A stretch of DNA of 64,000 nucleotides from Nitrospinota bacterium (GTDB taxonomy: Bacteria > Nitrospinota > Nitrospinia > Nitrospinales > VA-1), in contig JAQCGX010000007.1 of assembly GCA_027619975.1 (NCBI GenBank), forward strand, positions 22,330 through 86,329. Reading direction: 5' to 3'. The notes below the pieces were generated by a model. It worked only from the letters and a program-made list of their open reading frames with translations. It searched no databases and had not been told where the DNA came from. Of this stretch, positions 1 to 8,127 are shown one piece after another. A program made the position numbers and the translations under genes. How positions within the stretch are numbered: the stretch's first letter is position 1; each line of letters opens with the position of its first letter.

Positions 1-4
1 ACGT

Positions 5-66
5 TGATTTTGCCCTGGAATAGTGGACACGAAGAAAGCGATTTATAATCATTTTTAGAGGTGCCC
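5..66 (+). mobile_element. IS3-family left-end remnant (IRL, -10 box and RBS), no transposase
   Basis: TGATTTTGCCCTGGAATAGTGGACACG resembles the IS3 IRL (TG...TAGTGGACACG) and is followed by TATAAT and GAGGTG. A related copy is on the - strand at 48906-48969. Confidence 0.65.
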
Positions 67-213
67 TTAAGATCAAACAAAAAAACCACCCCACGATTAC
101 CCCTATTTTTTCCAAATCAGAAGGATTATAAACCTCAGACAGTTTACCCTGAAAAGTCGGTTGTTGGGTGTGATGGCGGACTGGGTGACCACCGTAACCT
201 TTTTGATGTTTGT

Positions 214-852
214 ATGGCCGCTGAACCTAACCCTTCTTTGAGCTTGCCGCTCTCTTTGATTTGCTGGTACCCACAAGGCGGGCACTATGTGAATCTGGCA
301 GGAGAATATGATTACCTGGAAATGCCCTACTACCTGTCTCAGGATTTTGAAAACATGGGCCGAGATATCCACCCTACCCCAAAAGAAATCCTAGATGCCT
401 ACATCACCCCGCTCTTTTTGGAAAAGGCCAAACAAGCCGGTTTGCCGGTAGCCAATTCTTATCTCACCAATGGCTATTTCGAAGCGCCGGTGGTGATCGA
501 TCCGATCAACCCGTATATCATCAAAAGCCGGACCGTGCTCAAGCCGGGCCGAGAAGCGTCCACCACCCGGTCGATGACCCGCAACCATACCTACGCCATG
601 TGCTGCCAAGAAATCCCTAAAGGGGCCAAGATCGTCCACTTCCGCTCGGTATTGGGCTGGTGTAAAGCCAAGCGGTTTCAAAGGGCTTCCCAGGCGATTT
701 GGGACCTGTACCGCATCCCGCTGGCAAAGGTGCGGATGTTTGCGCTGCCCGATGGAACACTGCTGTTCAGCGACCTCGGACCCCTGCGCTTCGCTAGTTT
801 AGGGGTTTATGAACGACACTACTTAGAATCAAAGGTCGAATGGCAAAGATAG
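214..852 (+). CDS. RimK-like ATP-grasp N-terminal (RLAN) domain protein
   Basis: VNLAGEYDYLEMPYYLSQDFE...HPT resembles the RLAN motif. It overlaps the downstream RimK-type ligase. The start is uncertain because the ORF-track GTG at 61 lies in the IS remnant. Confidence 0.7.
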   Translation: MAAEPNPSLSLPLSLICWYPQGGHYVNLAGEYDYLEMPYYLSQDFENMGRDIHPTPKEILDAYITPLFLEKAKQAGLPVANSYLTNGYFEAPVVIDPINPYIIKSRTVLKPGREASTTRSMTRNHTYAMCCQEIPKGAKIVHFRSVLGWCKAKRFQRASQAIWDLYRIPLAKVRMFALPDGTLLFSDLGPLRFASLGVYERHYLESKVEWQR

Positions 853-1715
853 GGATTTATGTGGAGCGCAACACCATCTCCAAAGGAGATCAAATGGCCG
901 CGATCATGCGCTTTTCCCACCACGCCCAAAGGATGGGGCATCGGGCCGACTTTTTGTTTCGGGCCGATATGTTTAAAATTCCCGAGTACGACGGCTTGTA
1001 TATCCGGGCGTTCACCGATCCGCTGAACTCCGCCTATGTAGCCGCTCGAACGGCCCAGATGCACGGGATTCGGGTGCTGGACGACCCTGATTCGATCTTG
1101 ATTTGCTGCGATAAGGTCAACATGTACCGGCATCTAATGAACCGGTCTGTGCCCATTCCTGAGACCTTGTTTCTCGATGAAACCCAACTGACCCTGAGCT
1201 ATGCCCAAACGGTCTTCGAGCAATTGGGCAATCCGGTGGTTCTTAAAGCCACAAACGGCTCTTTTTCCATGTATGTGGAAAAGGTGGAGAACGCCGAAGA
1301 GTTTGTGAAGGTCGGCAAAAATTACTTCCGCCGGGCAGACCGGATCGTGGCCCAGAGGTTTGTCCGTTCCGAATTCGATTGGCGGGTCGGCGTGTTGGGC
1401 GGGGAGCCTTTATACGTTTGCCAGTACTCGATCCCGAAAAAACATTGGAAGGTCGCCACCTACCAACCTGATGGCAAAACGATCTGCGGGCCGGTCAAGG
1501 CAATGAATATCGACAAGGTGGACCCTCATTTGTTGGAAGTGGCCAAAAAGGCGGCGGCGGCGATCGGCAACGGTCTGTACGGCGTCGATCTGAAGCAGGT
1601 GGGCCAGGAGTACGTGGTGGTCGAGGTCAACGACAACCCCACTATTAACGCCGGGGTAGAAGATTCTCAAGCACCGGACCTGTACGAACGGTTGATTCGG
1701 TATTTTGTCGAATGA
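840..1715 (+). CDS. RimK-family ATP-grasp ligase
   Basis: Motifs CCDKVNMY, PVVLKATNGSFS, QRFV, DWRVGVLGGEPL and GVDLKQ..VVEVNDNP. Confidence 0.9.
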   Translation: MAKIGIYVERNTISKGDQMAAIMRFSHHAQRMGHRADFLFRADMFKIPEYDGLYIRAFTDPLNSAYVAARTAQMHGIRVLDDPDSILICCDKVNMYRHLMNRSVPIPETLFLDETQLTLSYAQTVFEQLGNPVVLKATNGSFSMYVEKVENAEEFVKVGKNYFRRADRIVAQRFVRSEFDWRVGVLGGEPLYVCQYSIPKKHWKVATYQPDGKTICGPVKAMNIDKVDPHLLEVAKKAAAAIGNGLYGVDLKQVGQEYVVVEVNDNPTINAGVEDSQAPDLYERLIRYFVE

Positions 1716-2209
1716 AACGAAACTCGGCCGTCACTCTGCGTTACGGTAGGCCCGATGATCTTCACCAGTTGGCCGACTTGGAGCGGGCCGCTTTCCCAGA
1801 CGATGCTTTTGAAATCGGCCTGATCGAAGAACTGCTGACCCAAAACCGGGCGACGGTGTTGGTTGCCGAAGATCAAGGACGGTTGGTCGGGGTGGTGTAT
1901 CTGCTTTGGAAACGGCACCGTTTAAACAAGTATTGCCGGGTGTTTAGCTTGGCGGTAGACCCTTCGGCACGAAGCAAGGGCGTGGGTTTGGGCCTGATGA
2001 AAACAGCCGAGCAGGAAGCGAGGTTTCGGTCGGTGGCGAGGCTGACGCTGGAGGTGCGCCAGACCAACCTGTTGGCCATCCAGTTTTATCGAAAACTGGG
2101 TTATCGAAGGACCGGCAAGTTACGCGGGTTTTATCCCGACGGGACAGACGGTTTGAGTTTCGGTAAAAACCTGACCCTGGAAGATCAAACCCCTGGGAAA
2201 TTTGGCTAA
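1712..2209 (+). CDS. GNAT (RimI-like) N-acetyltransferase
   Basis: LAVDPSARSKGVG acetyl-CoA motif and LEVRQTN..AIQFYRKLGY. ATGA overlap with the ligase gene. Confidence 0.88.
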   Translation: MKRNSAVTLRYGRPDDLHQLADLERAAFPDDAFEIGLIEELLTQNRATVLVAEDQGRLVGVVYLLWKRHRLNKYCRVFSLAVDPSARSKGVGLGLMKTAEQEARFRSVARLTLEVRQTNLLAIQFYRKLGYRRTGKLRGFYPDGTDGLSFGKNLTLEDQTPGKFG

Positions 2210-2298
2210 TTCACGGCTATATTACGGCCAGGCACTCTGTACCCTATGCATGATTTTAGTCATTGCTTTTTGGCTAATTTAAGGCTAATTTATGGTCA
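2204..2298 (+). repeat. Two short arrays of 11-bp-period GGCTAATTTA-like direct repeats upstream of fic
   Basis: GGCTAATTCAC GGCTATATTAC GGCCA (2204-2230) and GGCTAATTTAA GGCTAATTTAT GGTCA (2272-2298). Confidence 0.55.
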
Positions 2299-3344
2299 TG
2301 ACATGGTCGCCTAAATATACGATTACCGATAAGCTTTTGCTCACAATCCGCGAGATTGGAGAAGCGACTGGCGAAATCAAAAGCTTCAACCTCACAGGCA
2401 AAGCGCTGGCAAGGCTGGAACTGGAAGCTGAGGCACTATCTTCCTACGCTTCCACCAGTATTGAAGGCAATCCATTGCCGCTCACCGATGTAAAACGCCT
2501 TCTAAAAAATAAATCTGCACATATACGTGATACGGAACGTGAGGTGCTTAACTACAATCAGACGCTGCAAACGGTCTATAAATCTGTAAGGTCAAAAGCG
2601 TTCAAACTGAATATTGCCACCCTTGAAAAAGTACAGGGGCAGGTTGTGGCTGGCCTGATGGATAACCCTGCGGATTGCGGCCATTTGCGCCAAGCTCCTG
2701 TTATTATCCGCAACCCACGAAAACCGGATGAAATTGTGTTCGTGCCGCCGGATGCAAAGGATGTCCGGGCGCTGACCTCCAATCTAATAGATTTTATCAA
2801 TAAAAAAATCGGCAAGATTGATCCAGTTATTCTGGCAGGATTGTTTCATCGGCAATGCGTCATCATCCATCCCTTTATGGATGGGAACGGACGCACTTCC
2901 CGAATCCTGACAACTGCAATACTTGGACAAACGGGACTTGATCTTTTCGAGATTTTCAGCTTTGAAAATTATTACAATCAGAACATCACGCGCTACTTCA
3001 AGGCTGTGGGGCTTGAGGGAGATTATTACGAACTGAAAGAGACAGTGGATTTTACGAAGTGGCTGGAATATTTCGCAGACGGTATTCTGGATGAACTGCG
3101 GCGGGTACGCAAAGCACTTCCTGATAGTTTAGAACCGCAACCACGTCTTGAGCCACACCACCGTCAAATTTTGGAATATATTGATGCGCATGGCAGCATC
3201 ACGCAACGTGAATATGGGGCTATATCCTCTCGTAGTCTTGCTTCCCGCAAACTGGACTTCGAAAAATTGCTGGATTTAGGCTTCATCGAAGCCAAAGGCA
3301 CAGGACGCGGGACATATTACGTTCAGAAAACAGAAAATGGATAG
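2292..3344 (+). CDS. Fic family protein with C-terminal winged HTH
   Basis: Fic motif HPFMDGNGRTSR, N-terminal STSIEGN inhibitory motif, C-terminal GTGRGTYY wing. Confidence 0.92.
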   Translation: MVMTWSPKYTITDKLLLTIREIGEATGEIKSFNLTGKALARLELEAEALSSYASTSIEGNPLPLTDVKRLLKNKSAHIRDTEREVLNYNQTLQTVYKSVRSKAFKLNIATLEKVQGQVVAGLMDNPADCGHLRQAPVIIRNPRKPDEIVFVPPDAKDVRALTSNLIDFINKKIGKIDPVILAGLFHRQCVIIHPFMDGNGRTSRILTTAILGQTGLDLFEIFSFENYYNQNITRYFKAVGLEGDYYELKETVDFTKWLEYFADGILDELRRVRKALPDSLEPQPRLEPHHRQILEYIDAHGSITQREYGAISSRSLASRKLDFEKLLDLGFIEAKGTGRGTYYVQKTENG

Positions 3345-3441
3345 ATATTCATGACGCTAACACTTAATGCATTTCCTATCATATTTCCTGAAGATGCAAA
3401 GGTTGATAACTCCACAATTTCCTATAGTAGGTAAATCTGAC

Positions 3442-4180
3442 ATGCCAGGCGCTTATGCTCACATTACATTAGTAAATCAATTTAGAGAACCCAATCGTTT
3501 AGAAAGTATTGATGGGTTTTCGGATTAGGCCAATACTTCGGTTTTGGATTATTTCCAATTCTGCGAACTGGGAGTTGTCAGTCCAGATTATCCTTATTTA
3601 GCAATAGGGGATAATAGCGCAGAAAAATGGGCAGACCTTATGCATTATAAAAACACAACCCTGATCATCAAATTTGGAATAGAAGAAATAAGAAAATTGC
3701 AAGGCGAGGAACAAAGGAAAGCTTTTGCCTGGCTATTAGGCTACGCCTCTCATGTGGCAACAGATGTTACCATTCACCCTGTAGTTGAGCTAAAGGTGGG
3801 GCCTTACGCACAGAATAAAACAGACCATAGAATTTGCGAAATGCATCAGGATGCACATATTTTTCAAAGACTCAATTTGGGAGGGGTTGGGCTTTCTAAC
3901 CATTTAAGTTCTGGAATTGGGGCTTGTTCGAATGAAAATGGAAAGGGCCTTGACCAAACAATTTGTAAATTATGGAGTGGATTGTTAAACCAAGCCTACC
4001 CTGAGGATTATCAATTGAATTTTCCTGACATGGATAAGTGGCATGATCGGTTTGAGCCCATAGTTGAATGCATCAGTGAAGCCGGGAATATGTGTTGATG
4101 CCATTTGCGCGGCATGTTGCAGTGAATTGCGGTTTAACCTATCCCTCAACAGATAACATTGATCCACAATATATAGAGGC
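3442..4180 (+). pseudogene. Zinc-dependent phospholipase C family pseudogene
   Basis: ATG 3442 reads MPGAYAH..., hits an in-frame TAG at 3526-3528, then continues with SPDYPY, GYASHVATDVTIHP and HRICE. An apparent frameshift near 4095 leads into LMPFARHVAVNCGLTYP. Confidence 0.7.
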
Positions 4181-4336
4181 CAAGGGCTTGGTGGTGTGTG
4201 TAAAAGGGACGTTAGGTTGAATAGACGGGGGGGAGTAACTTGATCTAAATGAAGTCAGGTAATGTATTGCAGGCAGACCTATTTAATAAAATTTCTTATG
4301 GGCTCAGTTAAATATTCTGTTTAAGTTACCATCAGA

Positions 4337-4702
4337 ATGAGTCAAAAAAGTCTGAAGGATTTTACCAAGATGGAAAAATTATCCTTGCGTACACAGGACG
4401 GTCTTCCCCACGAATGTGGGGGTGTTTCCAACCCAGGGAAGGGGGTAAAAATGAAATTCGGGGATGGTGTAACTTCTAAAAATCAGGAACCTACAGTTCA
4501 AAAAGTTCGGGTTGTAAATTTACGTGAGCCATTATCATTTTGGTCAACAGCTTGGGCTGTAGCTTGGGGAATTATTTTTTCAGCGCCTTTGATGATTTTC
4601 TTATGGGTGATATTTGGTACTTTTTTATCATTAGTCTTGTCCAAGCAATTGGAAGGTAGGCAAAAGTATCCGGACACAAAGCGGACACAAGTGGGTGAAT
4701 GA
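4337..4702 (+). CDS. Hypothetical membrane protein (possibly a fragment)
   Basis: 121-aa ORF with one long hydrophobic stretch, AT-rich. The start could be at 4451. Confidence 0.35.
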   Translation: MSQKSLKDFTKMEKLSLRTQDGLPHECGGVSNPGKGVKMKFGDGVTSKNQEPTVQKVRVVNLREPLSFWSTAWAVAWGIIFSAPLMIFLWVIFGTFLSLVLSKQLEGRQKYPDTKRTQVGE

Positions 4703-4736
4703 ATGAAGGCGAGAATGGTTAAACTATTGAAAAATA

Positions 4737-4811
4737 TGGTAGCCCCAAGGGGAATCGAACCCCTGTTTCCGGCGTGAGAGGCCAGCGTCCTATCCGCTAG
4801 ACGATGGGGCC
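4737..4811 (-). tRNA. tRNA-Glu (CTC)
   Basis: Reverse complement GGCCCCATCGTCTAGCGGATAGGACGCTGGC-CTCTCAC-GCCGGAAACAGGGGTTCGATTCCCCTTGGGGCTACCA folds as a cloverleaf with encoded CCA. Confidence 0.96.
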
Positions 4812-4937
4812 ATATCTTTTGATATCTTTTTGTTCTCCGGCAAAGGCCGGTCGTAAACTGTTCCAGTGGGGTTAAGGATTTGAAGCGGTTATTGCTCATT
4901 AAGGGGATCACAGTCTCGCACCCACGGAGCGTAAGCT

Positions 4938-5420
4938 TTAAAAGCCCCCCTTATTCATGATCGGTGGACCGCCGCCTTTAGACCGTCTTTCTTTCTTTTT
5001 CTCTTCCCGGACCCGTTGTTCTTCTTCAAGGTTTCGCTTGTTCAGTTTGAAGATGAAAAAACACATAAGCGGGTAGGCGGGTATTGTCATGACTGCCCAT
5101 GTTGCCAGAAACTTTCCTTGCGGAGACATGGGACTCGAATCTGCCGTATCGTTAAACCCTTGCAACCCGGTTATCAGTAAAAACAGCATCAGGCCGAACA
5201 GCATACCAAACAGGCTGGCAAGGGCCGTTTTGTGTGCCACTTCATTCATGTACAATCCAGAAACCAGGGGAAAATCAGTGACATAAGCGCCTAGAACGCC
5301 CAAAGTAGCCATAATAAACATGGCCGTCATCAGGAAATCCATGGTGGTTGCGCCTGTGGCCACGACCAGGTAAAAAGGTGCCCAAAGAGCTACAATAAAC
5401 GGGTTGCGGTAAAAATTCAT
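4938..5420 (-). CDS. Hypothetical membrane protein (about 4 TM) between two tRNAs
   Basis: Starts MNFYRNPF (the longer ORF start overlaps tRNA-Gln). Hydrophobic helices and a charged C-terminus. Confidence 0.7.
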   Translation of the reverse strand: MNFYRNPFIVALWAPFYLVVATGATTMDFLMTAMFIMATLGVLGAYVTDFPLVSGLYMNEVAHKTALASLFGMLFGLMLFLLITGLQGFNDTADSSPMSPQGKFLATWAVMTIPAYPLMCFFIFKLNKRNLEEEQRVREEKKKERRSKGGGPPIMNKGGF

Positions 5421-5457
5421 TTTGTTCTGTTTATGGGGGTGGAACGGTGTGAAAAAA

Positions 5458-5531
5458 TGGCTCGGGCACAAGGGATCGAACCTCAATCTTCAGGACCAGA
5501 ACCTGACGTCGTACCATTAGACCATGCCCGA
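5458..5531 (-). tRNA. tRNA-Gln (CTG)
   Basis: Reverse complement TCGGGCATGGTCTAATGGTACGACGTCAGG-TTCTGGT-CCTGAAGATTGAGGTTCGATCCCTTGTGCCCGAGCCA. Confidence 0.95.
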
Positions 5532-5654
5532 ACACTAATTCACTTGGAGTCTCGCCCATCATAAGTTTATATTATTTTGCTGTCAACAATTTCCTTCGTA
5601 AAAATGAGGGGTGTAAAATCGGTAACAAGTTGATAAGTAAAGGAGGGGTAGGGG

Positions 5655-6245
5655 ATGCGGGTGATAGCAGGAAAAGCCAGAGGAACCCGGCTGGCGGGAT
5701 TGAAGGGGGCCGATATAAGGCCGACTTTGGACCGGGTAAAGGAATCCTTTTTCAATAAAGTGGGGCAGACGCTGGAAGGCGAGACCTTTTTGGATTTGTT
5801 CGCCGGCACCGGGAGCATGGGGATTGAGGCTTTGAGCCGTGGGGCGGAAAAGGTCGTATTCGTGGAAAAAAATCATCAGGCGCAGAACCTGATTTACAGC
5901 AATCTGGAACGCTGCCATTTGGGGCCTGATGGTGTGGATTCCCAGGATAAAAACTGGGTTCTCCTGAAGCACGATGCCCTTCATGCTCTGAAAGTTCTTG
6001 ATGAACGCGGATATAGCTTTGATATAGTGTATGTGGACCCGCCATTTGCCGATGATGTTTACGCGGATTGTCTGCTTGCCCTTTCCCGGTCGCGATTGTT
6101 GATGGAAGCTTCTCTGGTTGTGGTGGAGCATCATTCCAAAAAGGTACTGGAAAAAAAGTATGATAAACTGGCTTTTCAGGTCGAACGACGGTTGGGGGAC
6201 TCCTGTCTGTCTTATTATCAGATAGCTTCCGGTGGAAGCGATTGA
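5655..6245 (+). CDS. rsmD: 16S rRNA (guanine(966)-N2)-methyltransferase
   Basis: MRVIAG..RG, RPT.DRVKES.FN, LDLFAGTGSMGIEALSRGA, DPPF. Confidence 0.95.
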   Translation: MRVIAGKARGTRLAGLKGADIRPTLDRVKESFFNKVGQTLEGETFLDLFAGTGSMGIEALSRGAEKVVFVEKNHQAQNLIYSNLERCHLGPDGVDSQDKNWVLLKHDALHALKVLDERGYSFDIVYVDPPFADDVYADCLLALSRSRLLMEASLVVVEHHSKKVLEKKYDKLAFQVERRLGDSCLSYYQIASGGSD

Positions 6246-6253
6246 GAGTATAA

Positions 6254-7333
6254 ATGGCTGAAAATAAAGAAAAAATAGTGATTGCGATGAGCGGCGGGGT
6301 GGACAGCTCGGTGGCCGCCGCCCTGATGAAGGAGCGGGGTTACGATGTGGTGGGGATTTCCCTGCAGTTGTGGAATTATAGCACCGATACCGATGAACGC
6401 TTCGGGACCTGCTGTTCGCTGGACGACCTGGGCGATGCCCGCCGGGTGGCGGATAAAATCGGGATTCCTTTTTATATATTGAACATGGAAAAGGAGTTTC
6501 AAAAAGAAGTCGTCGATTATTTTGTATCCGAGTACCTGCAAGCCCGAACGCCGATTCCTTGCACCCTGTGCAACCAGAAATTGAAATTCGATGAATTGAT
6601 ACAGAAAGCGGAGGCTTTCGGTTACCGGCGCGTGGCCACAGGGCATTACGCCTCCATCGTCACACATGCGTCGGGACGGTTCACCGTCAGGCGGGGGAAA
6701 GACCTCTCCCGTGACCAGAGCTATTTCCTGTTCAACTTGTCGCAGGATCAATTGTCCCGGCTGGAATTTCCCCTGGCGGATGTGGAAAAGACGGAAGTCC
6801 GCCGTCTGGCCAGAGAACTGGGGTTGAAAGTGGCCGATAAAGCCGAGTCGCGCGAAATCTGCTTCATTCCTGACAATAACTATCCCAAATTCATCGCCAA
6901 GCAAGTGGACAGCGACGTTTTCAAGGAAGGTAATATTGTCAACGACGCCGGCGAAGTGTTGGGCAAGCACAACGGTTACCCCGCCTTCACCGTCGGCCAG
7001 CGCAAAGGATTGAACCTCGGCGGGTTGAAAGAGCCTTTGTTCGTGACGAAAATCGACCCCGTGAACAACGAGATTGTGACCGGCCCGAAATCCGATTTAT
7101 ATCGCCCAGAATTTTTCACGGGCAAAACCAACTGGTACCTGCCACAAACGGATTCCTTCCGGGCAGACGTGCAGATCCGCTACCGTCATCAGGCCGCACC
7201 GGCCACGGTGACTCCGCTTCCCGGTTCACGGGCGCAGGTGGAGTTCGATGACCCGCAACTATCGATCGCTCCGGGCCAGTCCGCAGTGTTTTACCAGGAC
7301 GATTGCATTGTCGGCGGCGGTTGGATTGAATGA
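6254..7333 (+). CDS. mnmA: tRNA 2-thiouridine(34) synthase
   Basis: AMSGGVDSS, ATGHYA, DQSYFL, ESREICF, TVGQRKGL, APGQSAVFY. Confidence 0.97.
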   Translation: MAENKEKIVIAMSGGVDSSVAAALMKERGYDVVGISLQLWNYSTDTDERFGTCCSLDDLGDARRVADKIGIPFYILNMEKEFQKEVVDYFVSEYLQARTPIPCTLCNQKLKFDELIQKAEAFGYRRVATGHYASIVTHASGRFTVRRGKDLSRDQSYFLFNLSQDQLSRLEFPLADVEKTEVRRLARELGLKVADKAESREICFIPDNNYPKFIAKQVDSDVFKEGNIVNDAGEVLGKHNGYPAFTVGQRKGLNLGGLKEPLFVTKIDPVNNEIVTGPKSDLYRPEFFTGKTNWYLPQTDSFRADVQIRYRHQAAPATVTPLPGSRAQVEFDDPQLSIAPGQSAVFYQDDCIVGGGWIE

Positions 7334-8103
7334 AAGACGCATTAGAAGTCGCCGTGTCTGCGGCCCTCGCGGCGGGGAAAATTCAGCGCGAGCGCAGTCA
7401 AAATATTGGGAAGATCTCCCATAAGGGAAAATTTGATCTGGTCACCGAGGTGGATTTCCTGTGCGAGCAGGAAGTCATCCGCATCATCAAAAAACGCTTT
7501 CCCGACCACGAGTTTCTGGCCGAAGAATCGGGAGCCAGCCAAGGGCTATCTTCCTCCAGCAAGTGGATCATCGATCCTTTAGACGGCACCATCAATTATG
7601 CACACGGGTTTCCCGTTTATTGCGTGTCCATTGGTTTGGAGCATGAGGGTGAACTCATCCTCGGCGTGGTTTACAACCCGTGCATGGACGAATTATTCGT
7701 GGCGGAAAAAGGCCAGGGCGCTACTATGAACGGCAACCCCATTGCCGTTTCAACGATCCCCGAATTGAAAGACAGCTTGCTGGTTACCGGATTCACCCCG
7801 GAGGTGGTCCATTCGGACGATGACAATATGGGCCGTTTCAGTGATTTCATGAAGGCGAGCCAGGCCGTGCGTCGCCCCGGCTCTGCGGCGATTGATATCT
7901 GCTATACGGCGATGGGCCGCTTCGAGGGATTTTGGGAGTTGAAACTGCATGCCTGGGACGTCGCCGCCGGGATCGTCATCATGCGGGAAGCCGGAGGCAC
8001 GGTGACCAGGCTGAACGGAAATCCCCTGAGCGTTTACGACCGGCAAATCCTTGCCAGCAATGGTCTGGTGCATGCAGAGATGGTTGAGATTTTAGCAAGA
8101 TAG
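7330..8103 (+). CDS. suhB: Inositol monophosphatase family protein
   Basis: DLVTEVD, WIIDPLDGTINY, WDVAAG. Confidence 0.9.
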   Translation: MKDALEVAVSAALAAGKIQRERSQNIGKISHKGKFDLVTEVDFLCEQEVIRIIKKRFPDHEFLAEESGASQGLSSSSKWIIDPLDGTINYAHGFPVYCVSIGLEHEGELILGVVYNPCMDELFVAEKGQGATMNGNPIAVSTIPELKDSLLVTGFTPEVVHSDDDNMGRFSDFMKASQAVRRPGSAAIDICYTAMGRFEGFWELKLHAWDVAAGIVIMREAGGTVTRLNGNPLSVYDRQILASNGLVHAEMVEILAR

Positions 8104-8127
8104 GTTGGGAAAAACCTGACAACAAAT

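Noticed and set aside
3526-3528. Pyrrolysine or other readthrough of the in-frame TAG
   Set aside because: The gene has a second lesion (frameshift), other genes here end normally in TAG, and no pyl genes are seen.
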